A DNA stretch of 64,000 nucleotides from an uncultured Acidobacteriota bacterium (GTDB lineage: Bacteria > Acidobacteriota > Thermoanaerobaculia > UBA5066 > Gp7-AA6), in assembly GCA_963764715.1 (NCBI GenBank), contig CAVXTP010000022.1:576001-640000 (forward strand). The letters are read 5' to 3'. Made by a program: the position numbers and the translations under genes. Each line of letters starts with the position of its first letter. Position 1 is the stretch's first letter. Positions 17,549 to 27,745 of the stretch are shown piece by piece. A model generated the notes under the pieces. The model did no database searches, was not told the origin of the DNA, and worked only from the letters and a program-made list of their open reading frames with translations.

Positions 17549-20311
17549 CTAGAAGCTCACCCGCAGTCCGAAACGGAGAGTCCGGGGCTGCTGCCACTGG
17601 GTGCCCTGACCGTATTGCTCGTTGGTCGGCGTCGGCGATTCGTTGTCGGCCTGGTCGAAGGCCCACACCTGGTCGACCTGCGTGGTCTGCTGCCGGTTGA
17701 GCACGTTGAAGAGGCTCGCGAGGAAGTGGACCGTGACCGGCCCGAGCCGCAAACCGTAGTCCGCCTGGAGGTCGAACTCGTAGGTGTCGGGCGTCCGGCC
17801 CTCGCTGCCCCGCGGCGTGATGAAGATCTCGGGACCCGCGTAGCCGTTCCACCAGCCGATACGGGAGAGCGGCGTGCCGCTCTGGTAATACCCCGAGGCC
17901 GACATCGTCAGGCCGAACGGGAACGCGTACGCCGTCTGGAGCTTCGCCTGGTTGGTCCGGTCGAGCCCGAGGCTGCCGTTGGCGTTGACCTGGAACTCCG
18001 GATAGTCGAAGTCGTCCGTGATGAAGGGATTCCGCGCGAAGAAGCCGCCGATCGTCCGGAAGGAGCCGTCGTAGTTGCCGCGCAGCGTCGAGTACATGTA
18101 GCTCGCGTAGATCATCCAGTTGTCCGACATCCGCTTCTGCGCCGTCAGCTCGATGCCGCGGAAGTAGCGCTTGCCGGGCGCGAACTCGGGCGCGAGGACG
18201 CTCGAGCCCGGGTTGAAGAACGCGTAGTTGTCGAGCTCCGGGATGTACGTGTCCTCGAGGACCCGGCCGAGGGCCCGGTAGATTCCCCGCAGGCCGACCA
18301 TCCAGGTGTTTCCGAACTGGAATTCCACGCCCGCGAGGATCTCCTCCGAGTACGGCGACTTGAGGTTCGGGTCGATGTCGTCGACCGCCGTGCCCCGGAT
18401 CTCGCAGGGCGTGTCGGGCGTGTCGGCCGCCGGGTCGCAGTTGATGTCGGTCGGCGAGAAATTGAACGTCGACCCGTCGCGCTCGCCGTTCAACGACCGG
18501 ACGTTCATGTCCATCGGGATCAGCGGCACGAACTGGCTGTAGGAGGCGTAGGCCTTGGACTTCCCGTTGTTCAGGAAGTCCCAGGTGACGCCGACGCGCG
18601 GGGAGAAATGGTTGATGTCGATGTAGGTGATGTCGTCGAGGCCCTTGATCTCCTGCTTCTCCCACCGCACGCCCGCGTTGATGGTCAGGTTCGGAAGGAC
18701 GCTCCAGCGGTCCTGCAGGAACACCGCGAACACGTTGTTCTGGGGCGTCGCGATGACGGGGGCGATCGTCGCGTTGTCGATCGTCGCGTCGGGCCCGGCG
18801 AAGAAGAGGTGGCTGTAGACCGGCCGCTGCAGGGGGTCGTCTTCGAAGGGCGCCAGGATCGAGACGAACTGTCCGCCGCTCGTGTCCCGCACGACGTCGG
18901 CGTCGATGCGCTGGTATCCGAACCCGGCCTTGAGGTCGTGATTCCCGAGGTAGTAGCTGACGTCGGCGAGGTAGTCGTAGCGGGTGAACGTCTTGGAGGC
19001 GAACTGACCGTCGCCGGCCGTTCCGCCGAAACCGCCGGACGCGGTCAGGACGTCGCCCGTGTTGTCGACGTAATAGATCTGGTTGCCGCCGGGTCCCGGC
19101 AGCGTGTCGACGTTCTCGCGGTGGTAGCCGAACTGGGCCGTCGCGAGCCACTTCGAGGAGAAGGTCCCCTGGTACCGGCCGCCGAAGTCCGTGCCGCCGA
19201 CCGTCACCGTTCCGTTGTAGGTCGTGGGCGGGCCGATGACCGGGCCGACCGCTCCCGTGTCGTCGGTCGGATCGCCGAAGACCGTCCCGATGAACGTGTT
19301 CGACGAGTTGATCGTCCAGGTCACCTTGCCGGAGTAAAGATTGCTCGACGTATCGAGGTCCGTGATCGTCCCGGCCTCGGGCCCCTGCGTGACCTGGCGC
19401 TGGTCGGTGTTCTTGACGTGGTCGTAGGCCGCGAAGAACCAGAGCCGGTCCTTCAGGACGAAGCCGCCGATGTCCACGCCGTAGTCGGACCGCGTGAACC
19501 CGGCCGGGACGCCCCCGGAGGTGATCTCGTCGAGGTGCTTGTTCTCCGCCTGGAGGGAATCGTCGTCGAAATACCCGAAGGCGTCGCCGTGAAACTCGTT
19601 GCCGCCGGACTTGGTGACGACGTTCAGGATGCCGCCCTGCGCGCCGGTGTACTCGGCCTCGTAGCCGCCGGCCTTCAGCTCGACCTCCTGGATGAACTCG
19701 AAATTGAGGACCTTGCCCTGGTTTCCGATCTCGACGCCCGTCGTGTTCGCGCCGTCGACGAGGTATGCGTTTTCGAGGCCGGTCGAGCCGTAGACGGTGA
19801 TCGAGGTGTTGCGCACGTCGGAGTCGTCGGTGTTGACCCCGCTCGCGAGCTGCGCGACCGAGGCGTAATTGCGCCCGGTCGGAAGGGCCTGGAACGCGGC
19901 CGCATCGAGGTTGCGCCCGATGTCGTTCGACTCGGTCTCGACGGTCGCCGCCTGCGCCGAGACCATGACCTCGGCGCTCGCCGCCGCGATCAGCTCGACC
20001 TTGAGCGCAGCCGCCTGGTCGAGCGCCAGCCGGATGGTCTGCGTGTTCGGCGCGAACCCGGCGAGCGTCGCGGTGACGGTGTACGTGCCCGGCGGCAGCA
20101 GCGTCAGGTTGAATCGGCCGTCGGCGTCGGTGACCGAGGAACGCACGCCCTGGAGGTTCGGGCTTCGGGCCTCGACGCTCACTCCCGGAAGGGGCGTGCC
20201 GCCGGTTTCGACCGTTCCGCGGATGGAGCCGGTCGTCTGCGCGGCGAGGGGCCGCCCGAACGCCGCCAGAAGACCAAGAACGCCGAGGACCCGCGTCGCG
20301 GTCGATTTCAT
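17549..20311 (-). CDS. TonB-dependent receptor with N-terminal carboxypeptidase-regulatory-like domain (Oar type)
   Basis: Signal peptide, AQTTGSIRG, plug motif GGILNVVTKSGGNEFHG, SPRVG, C-terminal PRTLRFGLRVSF. Confidence 0.9.
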   Translation of the reverse strand: MKSTATRVLGVLGLLAAFGRPLAAQTTGSIRGTVETGGTPLPGVSVEARSPNLQGVRSSVTDADGRFNLTLLPPGTYTVTATLAGFAPNTQTIRLALDQAAALKVELIAAASAEVMVSAQAATVETESNDIGRNLDAAAFQALPTGRNYASVAQLASGVNTDDSDVRNTSITVYGSTGLENAYLVDGANTTGVEIGNQGKVLNFEFIQEVELKAGGYEAEYTGAQGGILNVVTKSGGNEFHGDAFGYFDDDSLQAENKHLDEITSGGVPAGFTRSDYGVDIGGFVLKDRLWFFAAYDHVKNTDQRQVTQGPEAGTITDLDTSSNLYSGKVTWTINSSNTFIGTVFGDPTDDTGAVGPVIGPPTTYNGTVTVGGTDFGGRYQGTFSSKWLATAQFGYHRENVDTLPGPGGNQIYYVDNTGDVLTASGGFGGTAGDGQFASKTFTRYDYLADVSYYLGNHDLKAGFGYQRIDADVVRDTSGGQFVSILAPFEDDPLQRPVYSHLFFAGPDATIDNATIAPVIATPQNNVFAVFLQDRWSVLPNLTINAGVRWEKQEIKGLDDITYIDINHFSPRVGVTWDFLNNGKSKAYASYSQFVPLIPMDMNVRSLNGERDGSTFNFSPTDINCDPAADTPDTPCEIRGTAVDDIDPNLKSPYSEEILAGVEFQFGNTWMVGLRGIYRALGRVLEDTYIPELDNYAFFNPGSSVLAPEFAPGKRYFRGIELTAQKRMSDNWMIYASYMYSTLRGNYDGSFRTIGGFFARNPFITDDFDYPEFQVNANGSLGLDRTNQAKLQTAYAFPFGLTMSASGYYQSGTPLSRIGWWNGYAGPEIFITPRGSEGRTPDTYEFDLQADYGLRLGPVTVHFLASLFNVLNRQQTTQVDQVWAFDQADNESPTPTNEQYGQGTQWQQPRTLRFGLRVSF

Positions 20312-20345
20312 ATCGCGCTCCTTCGTTCGGGTTCGATTTCCCGTA

Positions 20346-20375
20346 ACGCTACGGCCGCCGCGATTGGACTGTCAA
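20346..20375 (-). promoter_or_regulatory. Sigma70-like promoter for the receptor-potABCD unit
   Basis: TTGACA-N18-TAGCGT on the minus strand, followed by AAGGAG SD. Confidence 0.55.
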
Positions 20376-20398
20376 GGTGACCGACAGTCAGCGGCGGC

Positions 20399-20911
20399 TC
20401 ACTTCGCGCGGGTGCGGTCGAGCAGGCGCACGATCTCTTTGAGCTCGCGCACCACGGTCTTGCGATCGAAGCTGGAGGCCGCGGAGGCCGCAGGCGCGGC
20501 CGTCCGCGGGGCGGCGACGGGCGCCGGATCGGCGGACTGAAGCGCGGACCCACCCCGGGCGGGGGCGCGTTCGGGCTTCTCCGCTCTTCGGGGCGCGGCC
20601 GCCGGGCCCGCCCTGCGCTGCTCCGACACCGGCGGCGCCGGAGCGAGCCCGTCGTCGAAGCGGCCCTCGGTGATCTCCGCGTCGAGGCGCTTCTTGGCCC
20701 CCGCCACGGTGAACCCCTCGTCGTAGAGGAGCTCGCGGATGCGGGCGATGATCCGGACGTCCCGCGCGGTGTAGAGCTTGGAGGCGCCCTTGTCCTTGCC
20801 CTCGGAGAGCGCCGGGAACTCCGTCTCCCAGTAGCGCAGGACGTATGGCGCCACTTCCGCGATCCGGCACGCCTCGGCGGGCCTGTAGACCTCGGCTTCC
20901 CCCTTGCCCAC
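20399..20911 (-). CDS. MerR-family HTH regulator
   Basis: VAPYVLRYWETEFPAL, IRELLYDEGFTVAGAKKRL. Confidence 0.85.
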   Translation of the reverse strand: MGKGEAEVYRPAEACRIAEVAPYVLRYWETEFPALSEGKDKGASKLYTARDVRIIARIRELLYDEGFTVAGAKKRLDAEITEGRFDDGLAPAPPVSEQRRAGPAAAPRRAEKPERAPARGGSALQSADPAPVAAPRTAAPAASAASSFDRKTVVRELKEIVRLLDRTRAK

Positions 20912-20920
20912 GAGGTTAAT

Positions 20921-22336
20921 CTACCCCGAACTCGCCCGGCGGCGGGAGGACTTTGCGCGGCTCGGCGCGTCTTCGTCCCGGGAGCGGGCCCGGACGAGGA
21001 TGCGGATCGGCGAGCCCTCGAAATCGGCCGAGCCGCGGATCAGGTTCTCGATGCGCCGCTCCTCCGAGAAGTGGAGCGGCTCGCGGTGATCGGCGACGAT
21101 CGTGAAGGTCGGCGGCGCCGCGCCGGTCTGCGCGACGTAGAAGACCTTGAGCATCCTCCCCTTCGTGGTCCGGGGCGCTTTGTCGCGCAGCGCCCGGCCG
21201 AGGATCCGGTTGAGCTCGCCGGTCGTGATCCGCCGCATCCGGTTGTCGGCCACCCGGGCCGCCGTCTCGAGCACGCGGGCGATGCCGCGGCCGGTCTTCG
21301 CCGAAACGAGGAGGATCGGGGCCTGCCGGGCGAAGGGGATCTGTGTGGCGAGGGCGGTCTGGAAGTCTTCCGCCGTGCCGATCTCGCGCTTGCCGGCGAG
21401 GTCCCACTTGTTGGCCACCAGGACGAGCCCCTTGCCTTCCTTGTCGGCCATGGAGGCCACGCTCGCGTCCTGTCCCGTCGGGCCCTCCTCGGCGTCGACG
21501 ACGAGGAGAGCGACGTCGCACTCCTCGATCCGCTTCCTCGCCTGGACGACCGAAAGCACCTCGGCGCCCTTCTCGGTCCGGCCCCGGCGGCGGATCCCGG
21601 CCGTATCGACGAGGCGGAAGCGCCGGCCTCCCGCTTCGATCGCCGTGTCGATCGAGTCCCGGGTCGTCCCGGCGGTTTCCGACACGATCGCCCGCTCTTC
21701 GCCGAGCAGCGCGTTCAGGAGCGACGACTTCCCCACGTTCGGCCGTCCCACGACCGCGAGCGCGATCTCGCGCGGGAGCGCCTCCGGTTCCGGCGCCTCG
21801 GGGTCGACTTCCGCGGCCTCCGGCATCCGCTGCGCGATCGCCGTCTGGATGTCGTCGACGCCGGTCCCGTGCTCCGCGGACACGCCGTACATCTCCGGGA
21901 ACCCGAGGGCCCAGGCCTCCTGCTCCCCTTCGCTTCCCTCGCGGCGGTCGATCTTGTTCGCGACGACGACGCACTCGCGGCCCGACTCGCGGATGACCCG
22001 CGCCGCCGCGCGGTCGCCCGGAAGCACTCCGGCCGAGGCGTCCACGACGAGGAGGACGAGATCGGCGTTCTTGATGGCGCCGACAGCTTTCTCGCGCACC
22101 GCGGCCGGGATCTTCTCCTTGCCGGAGGGGTCGTAGCCGCCGGTGTCCGAGACGAGGTACTTCCGGCCGTCCGGCAGCTCGGCCTCCATCTCGAGGACGT
22201 CGCGGGTCATGCCGGCCATGTCGTGGACGATCGACCGGCGGCGCCGGGTGAGGCGGTTGAAGAGAGCCGACTTACCGACGTTGGGCCGACCGGCAATGAC
22301 CACCCGGTAGGGCGATTTCGCCTGAGGGACGGTCAC
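20921..22336 (-). CDS. der: Ribosome biogenesis GTPase Der (EngA)
   Basis: Two GRPNVGKS P-loops, two TRD motifs, DTGG/DTAG, NKID/NKWD, KH-like C-terminus; GTG 22336 overlaps the upstream stop. Confidence 0.95.
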   Translation of the reverse strand: MTVPQAKSPYRVVIAGRPNVGKSALFNRLTRRRRSIVHDMAGMTRDVLEMEAELPDGRKYLVSDTGGYDPSGKEKIPAAVREKAVGAIKNADLVLLVVDASAGVLPGDRAAARVIRESGRECVVVANKIDRREGSEGEQEAWALGFPEMYGVSAEHGTGVDDIQTAIAQRMPEAAEVDPEAPEPEALPREIALAVVGRPNVGKSSLLNALLGEERAIVSETAGTTRDSIDTAIEAGGRRFRLVDTAGIRRRGRTEKGAEVLSVVQARKRIEECDVALLVVDAEEGPTGQDASVASMADKEGKGLVLVANKWDLAGKREIGTAEDFQTALATQIPFARQAPILLVSAKTGRGIARVLETAARVADNRMRRITTGELNRILGRALRDKAPRTTKGRMLKVFYVAQTGAAPPTFTIVADHREPLHFSEERRIENLIRGSADFEGSPIRILVRARSRDEDAPSRAKSSRRRASSG

Positions 22337-22861
22337 TTGGACGACCGCGGTACGCCCCCTTCGAGCAGCAGCTTGAAGCGCGGATGCGAGAAGGGATGGA
22401 CATCCGGAAAGCGCTTGAAGATCCAGCCGCCGAAGATCTCTTTCCCCGATTCGAGCACCGTGATGCGCGCGGCCTCGTTCTGCGGCTCGACGCCCTCCGA
22501 CGTGACGACGCCGCCCGCCATCGTGAAGGCCGGCAGGAAGGCGTCGGCCCGCACGACGAGCGACGCCTCCGGCAGCGGCGCGGTCGCGCCGATCGGCACC
22601 TCGATGACGCCCTCTTTGCCGTCTTTGGCGTCTTTCCAGGCGAGCCGGATGCCGCTGAAGGCCTGGGTGACCGCGGGCGGGACCTCGAGGCGTGTCGGGG
22701 CCGTCGGCGCCGCGCCGCGCCTCCTGTGGACGCGTTCTCGGCGGCCGCGGCTCGTGGGAGATGGCCATGCGGATGGCGGGATCGGGCCGTCCCTTCTCGC
22801 GGCACGCGGCGAGGAGGAAGCAGGCCGTCAAAGCGGCCGCCGCTGCCCGGCGGCGCGTCAC
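22333..22861 (-). CDS. DUF2155-like lipoprotein (net +1 frameshift near 22700-22760)
   Basis: Lipobox FLLAAC in one frame; LEVPPAV...IFGGWIFKRFPDVHPFSHPRF in another; GTGA coupling at both ends. Confidence 0.6.
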
Positions 22862-25126
22862 CGCTTCCTCCGAACGCGCGGACGCCGGCCGAAGTCGGCG
22901 GCCGCCGGCTCGGGACGGGCCGCGCGGGCCGGCGCTTCGGAGCGCGGAGGGCGGGCTGTCGACTTCGCCGCCGCCGGCGTTCCCGCCAGCCGGAAGTTCA
23001 GGCGCCGGCGGACCTCGTCGATCTCGACGAGGCGCACCCGGATCGAGTCGCCGAGGCGAAACGTCGCGCCCGAGGACCGGCCCCGCAGGCGGTGCTGCTT
23101 CTCCTCGTACACGAAGAAATCGTTGCCGAGCGCGGTCATCGGGACGAGCCCCTCCACGAAAAAGTCCTTGAGCGTCACGAACACGCCGAACGATGCCACA
23201 CCCGTGACGTAGGCGTCGAACTCCCGCTCGATCTTGTCCTTCATGAAGACGATCTTTTTCCAGAGCAGGCTCTCCCGCTCGGCCTGCTCGGCGCGCCGCT
23301 CGCGCTCCGAGGAGAAGGCCCCGACCTCGCGCATCCGGTCGTTGACCGCGTCGAAGTCCTTCGCCGCCACGGGCCGGCCGGCCTCGAGCAGGCGCGAGAG
23401 CTGCCGGTGGACGATGAGGTCCGGGTACCGCCGGATGGGCGAGGTGAAGTGGCAGTAGTACGGCGCCGCCAGGGCGTAGTGCCCCCGGCACTCCTCGGCG
23501 TAGAGCGCCTTGCGCTGGGCGCGCAGCAGGAGGTCGTGGAGGAGGCGCTCCTCGGGCTTGCCCTCGATCTCCGTCAGCAGCTTCTGGAAGGCCTTCGGCG
23601 GGACCTCCGCGAGGTCGCCCTTGAGCTCGTAGCCGAAGGTCTCGAGGATCTCGCGCAGGTCGACGAGCCGGTCCGGATCCGGCCGGTCGTGGACGCGGTA
23701 GATCGCCGGCTGCCGGGCGAAGAGCAGCTTCTTCGCCACCGCCTCGTTGGCCGCCAGCATGAACTCCTCGATCAGCCGGTGGGCCACGTTGCGCGACTCG
23801 GGGACGATGCCCGACGACGAGGCCCGCGTCGTCGAGCACGATGTCGGCGTCCGGGAGGTCGAAGTCGATCGAACCGCGCGCCTCGCGTCGCCGGCGCAGG
23901 AGCGCCGCGACCTCGCCCATGAGCCGGAAGTCCCCGAGGTACGGTCCGTACTTGCGCTCGTCCTCCGGACCCGGGCCCTTTTCGAGCAGTCGGGCGACTT
24001 CCGTGTAGGTCATCCGGTGGCCGCTGCGGATCACGCCCTTCGTGAAGTCCGAGCCCACGACGCGGCCATGGTCGTCGAGCTCCAGGAGGGCCGACAGGAC
24101 CAGCCGGTCGACGCGTGGGTTCAGCGAGCAGAGCCCGTTCGAGAGCCGCTCGGGCAGCATCGGCAGCACGCGGCCGGGGAAATAGACCGACGTGCCGCGC
24201 GAGCGGGCCTCGTCGTCGAGGACGCTGCCCTCCGCGACATAGTGCGAGACGTCGGCGATGTGCACGCCGATCCGGTAGCCCGTCGGCGTCCGCTCCACCT
24301 CGATGGCGTCGTCGAAGTCCTTGGCCGTCTCCCCGTCGATCGTCACGATTCTCCGGTCGCGGAAGTCGCGCCGGCCGCGGGTGTCCTCCGCGCGAACTTC
24401 CTCCGGGAAGCGCTCCGACTCCGCGACGACGGGCTGGGGAAAACGCGGCGGGAGATTGTGCGAGCGCAGGACGATCTCGATGTCGACCCCTGGCTCTCCC
24501 AGGAAGCCGAGACGGTCTTCGACCTCGCCCCGGGCGACGCGGCGGGCGTCCGGAAACGCGGTCAGCCGCGCCTCGACGATCTCGTTCTCGCGCGCGCCGG
24601 CGGTCTTGCCGTCGACGATCCGGATCACCGCGTCGATCTTGGGGTCGTAGGGGAAGACGACCTTGGCGCCGTCCCGGGTCTCGAACCGCCCCACGACGCG
24701 CTCCCGGGCGCGCTCGAGGATTCGAACGACGGCGCCCGACCGCCGTTCCGGCCCGCCCCGCCGCCGTCCCGCTCCCGCCGCCCGCGAGCGTTCCTCGCGC
24801 GCGAGGACGGTGTCCCCGTCCAGGGCGCCGTGCATCCCCGTGCGCGGGACGTAGAGGTCCTCGCCGTCCTTGACGAGCACGAAGCCGAATCCCTCGGGCC
24901 GGACGGTCAGGCGGCCGGCGACGAGCTCGGAATACTCGATCGCCGAGTACTTCTCGCCGCGAACCCGCACGATCTCGCCGCGCCGCTCGAGGAGGTCGAG
25001 CTTCTCGCGCAGCGAGTCCTCCTCCGGCTCGAGGACTCCGAAGGCCTCGACGAGGTCGCGGAAGGACAGGACACGCGAGCCCTTCTTGCGGAGGCGCTCG
25101 AGGACTTCGGAATCGCGGGGCAGCAC
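22858..25126 (-). CDS. rnr: Ribonuclease R (one extra base near 23810)
   Basis: Cold-shock domains, TIDGETAKDFDDA, HIADVSHYV, AHRLIEEFML, HFTSPIRRYPD, S1 domain; removing one G restores VVGIVPESRNVAHR. Confidence 0.93.
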
Positions 25127-25150
25127 GCCGGGGAGTCTATCCGGCCCGGA

Positions 25151-25345
25151 TCACCCCTTGGTGGGCTCGATCGGGGTGAAGAGCCCCGGCCAGTCGTCGA
25201 GGTTCTCGGGCTCGGGCGCGCGGATCTTGCGCTCCCAGCCGCAGGAATGGCACCGAATCACCCCGTTCACGGGCACGGAGGCCGGATTGTGCGGTTCCTC
25301 GCAGTAAGGGTTGGGACAGTTCCATGGAAGGACAGGAGTTGGCAT
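25151..25345 (-). CDS. 64-aa putative zinc-ribbon protein
   Basis: CPNPYC...CHSC; ATG start; TAAAAT -10 at 25369-25374; fills the ppa-rnr gap. Confidence 0.55.
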   Translation of the reverse strand: MPTPVLPWNCPNPYCEEPHNPASVPVNGVIRCHSCGWERKIRAPEPENLDDWPGLFTPIEPTKG

Positions 25346-25426
25346 CGAGTGCGAGGGCCCCCGACCAAATTTTACGCCTTCGGAACGCCCTGGGGGGGAC
25401 CGATCCGGGAACGGCTCGGACGCCCC

Positions 25427-25978
25427 TCAGGGAAGCCGGCCGGACCGAAGAGCCTCCCGGTGCTTCGCGTAGAGATCGAGCGCGTCCCGGACGACCTCGA
25501 CCGCCTGCGGCCGGTCGAGGAACTCGTCGACGGTCACGGTTTTCTGCTCGAGCGCCTTGTAGTCCTCGAAGAAGCGGCGCAGCTCGGCGATCCGATGGGG
25601 CGGCAGCTCCCGGATCGAGGTGTAGTGCACGTATTCCGGGTCGTCGGCGTGGACCGCGATGATCTTGTCGTCCTCCTCGCCCTGGTCGCTCATCTTCATG
25701 ACACCGATCGGCCGCGCGCGCAGGATCGACAGCGGGACGACCTCTTCCTGGCCGAGGACCAGGATGTCGAGCGGATCGTGGTCCTCGCAGTACGACTGCG
25801 GGATGAAGCCGTAGTTGGCCGGGTAGTGCACGGCCGAAAAGAGAATGCGGTCGACGCGGATCAACCCGCTCGCCTTGTCGAGCTCGTACTTGACCTTCGA
25901 GCCGCGCGGAATCTCGATGATCGCGTGGAGAAGGGCCGGCGCTTCGGCCCCGACGGCGACATCGTGCCACGGGTGCAT
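25427..25978 (-). CDS. ppa: Inorganic pyrophosphatase (family I)
   Basis: [40 protein letters not shown]. Confidence 0.96.
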   Translation of the reverse strand: MHPWHDVAVGAEAPALLHAIIEIPRGSKVKYELDKASGLIRVDRILFSAVHYPANYGFIPQSYCEDHDPLDILVLGQEEVVPLSILRARPIGVMKMSDQGEEDDKIIAVHADDPEYVHYTSIRELPPHRIAELRRFFEDYKALEQKTVTVDEFLDRPQAVEVVRDALDLYAKHREALRSGRLP

Positions 25979-26014
25979 CGCCCGCGATCATAGCCGCGTT
26001 ACACTGTCTTCCGG

Positions 26015-27352
26015 ATGACGTCGCGCGCAGCGATCCTGGCCCTGGCAGCGCTCGGAACCGCCGCCCTTCTTCCGGCCGAGACGGTCACGCTCCCGGCGGC
26101 GGCCTCGATCGTCGGCGGCGCGCCCTTCTACTCGGACGTCCGGGCGTTCAACACCTCGTATTCCGACCCGCTCGATGTCACCGCGACGTACCGGTGCTTC
26201 ATCGGCGATCCCTGCCCCGCCGCATCGCCGACGCTCTCGTTCCGGCTCGCGCCGCGCCAGTCGATCGGCTTCGACGACGTCGTCGCCGCGGCGTTCAACG
26301 CCCCCGACACGGCCGGCGGCATCGAGTTCGCCTTCGCCGGCGACGCGACCGCGCTCGTCGTCACGAGCCGCCTCTACTCGACGGCGCCCGTGCCGACCGT
26401 CGGGATGTACGTCCCCGGCCTCACCGCTTCCTCGGCCCGCGAGCGCACGGTCCTCACCTCGATCCGCAATGGAGGCTCCGGCCAGGGCTTCCGCACCAAC
26501 GTCGGACTGTTCAACCCGGGCGACGGGCCCGTCACGGCGACCTTCGAGATCCTGGACTCGGACGGGTCACCCCACGGGAATCCCGTCATCCGCTCGGTCG
26601 ATGGCCGCTCCGGGGTCCAAGTGTCCGGCATTTTCACCGTCGCGGGGGCTGCCGACTTCGAGACCGAGGATGCGGTGATCACGGTCGTCGCGACCGGGCC
26701 GGTCTTCTCCTACGCCGCGGTCATCGACAACGCGACGACCGACCCCATCTTCGTCGTGGGCGCCCCGGACGCGATCCCCGGAACGCCGACCATCACGAAC
26801 ACGCCGACGATCACCTTCACGCCGTCCGTGACCTTCACGCCCTCCCTGACCTTCACGCCGAGCCAGACCTTCACCCCGTCCCTCACGCCCACCATCACCC
26901 CGACGTTCACGATCACCCCGACCTTCACGATCTCGCAGACCCCGACGATCACGCTCAGTCCCACGATCACCCACACGCCCATCATCACGAACCTCGCCAC
27001 CCGGACCCCGACGGTCAATCCGAATCGGATCGTGCTCGTGGGGAGCAACGGGACGGCGTCCTTCTTCGACACGGTCGACCACGGGCCGAACACGACGATC
27101 CTGGTCGGTACGACGGTCCAGTGGGATTGGGCGCAGGGGGCGGGATTCCACTCGACGACCAGCGGGACCTGCACCAACACCCTTTGCTCGCCGGACGGCA
27201 ACTGGAGCTCGCTGGTCCAGAACTACCCCTACAGCTTCACCCACGCGTTCAACACGCCGGGGACGTTTCAGTACTACTGTCAGATCCATGGCGTGATGAT
27301 GCAGGGAGCCGTCAACGTCATTCAGCCCCCTCCCGGCCGGCCTCGGCGCTAG
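26015..27352 (+). CDS. Secreted protein with Thr/Pro repeat linker and C-terminal cupredoxin domain
   Basis: Signal peptide; FRTNVGLFN beta-rich domain; TFTPS repeats; FHSTT...YYCQIHGVMMQG type-1 copper ligands. Confidence 0.8.
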   Translation: MTSRAAILALAALGTAALLPAETVTLPAAASIVGGAPFYSDVRAFNTSYSDPLDVTATYRCFIGDPCPAASPTLSFRLAPRQSIGFDDVVAAAFNAPDTAGGIEFAFAGDATALVVTSRLYSTAPVPTVGMYVPGLTASSARERTVLTSIRNGGSGQGFRTNVGLFNPGDGPVTATFEILDSDGSPHGNPVIRSVDGRSGVQVSGIFTVAGAADFETEDAVITVVATGPVFSYAAVIDNATTDPIFVVGAPDAIPGTPTITNTPTITFTPSVTFTPSLTFTPSQTFTPSLTPTITPTFTITPTFTISQTPTITLSPTITHTPIITNLATRTPTVNPNRIVLVGSNGTASFFDTVDHGPNTTILVGTTVQWDWAQGAGFHSTTSGTCTNTLCSPDGNWSSLVQNYPYSFTHAFNTPGTFQYYCQIHGVMMQGAVNVIQPPPGRPRR

Positions 27353-27369
27353 CTGGCCCGGTGGGGGGG

Positions 27370-27577
27370 CCTTTTCGCACACACCAAGGCGAAAGTCGGA
27401 TCAAGGCAATTGGTGCGAAAGGGGGGACTCGTGCCGGCCGCTCGCTTCGCGAGACGGCGACCTGCGGTCGCCGGCCGGCCCTCCTCAGGCGAGGGGGCTA
27501 CGCCCCCTCGGACACCCCTGGGGGTTCTCGCCCTCCCCTTTCGCACGCAGCGCGGCCAGAAGGCAGGATCAGGCAGT
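27370..27577 (-). repeat. tRNA-linked repeat: duplicated tRNA 3' end and trailer hairpin
   Basis: TTGGTGCGAAAGGGGGGACTCG at 27410-27431 is identical to 27577-27598 (167 bp apart). Confidence 0.8.
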
Positions 27578-27664
<87 letters not shown>

Positions 27665-27674
27665 GGGGAACGGG

Positions 27675-27703
27675 AGGATAGCGGGAGGCGGCACGGGGGT
27701 CAA
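27675..27703 (-). promoter_or_regulatory. tRNA promoter
   Basis: TTGACC-N17-TATCCT, ending 10 nt before the tRNA 5' end. Confidence 0.7.
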
Positions 27704-27745
27704 CCGCAGGGGGTTGGCAGGGTTCTGGCATCCCGGAGAGACGAA

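Noticed and set aside
17615-20380. Long antisense/shadow ORFs (also 4935-8111, 36975-39035, 60883-63186)
   Set aside because: They mirror real genes with strong GC3 bias and have Arg/Gly/Pro-rich, motif-less translations.
20399-20911. MerR as the dedicated polyamine-locus regulator
   Set aside because: It is the effector-less HTH-only type and sits at the end of the rnr-der unit; no operator evidence.
20921-25126. 1401-aa RNase R-Der fusion ORF
   Set aside because: Artefact: the rnr frameshift runs through a stop-free GC-rich frame into der. The real rnr C-terminus is in another frame and der has its own coupled start.
26782-27013. CRISPR array or ice-nucleation gene
   Set aside because: The repeats are in-frame coding Thr/Pro units without unique spacers and lack the AGYGST octapeptide.
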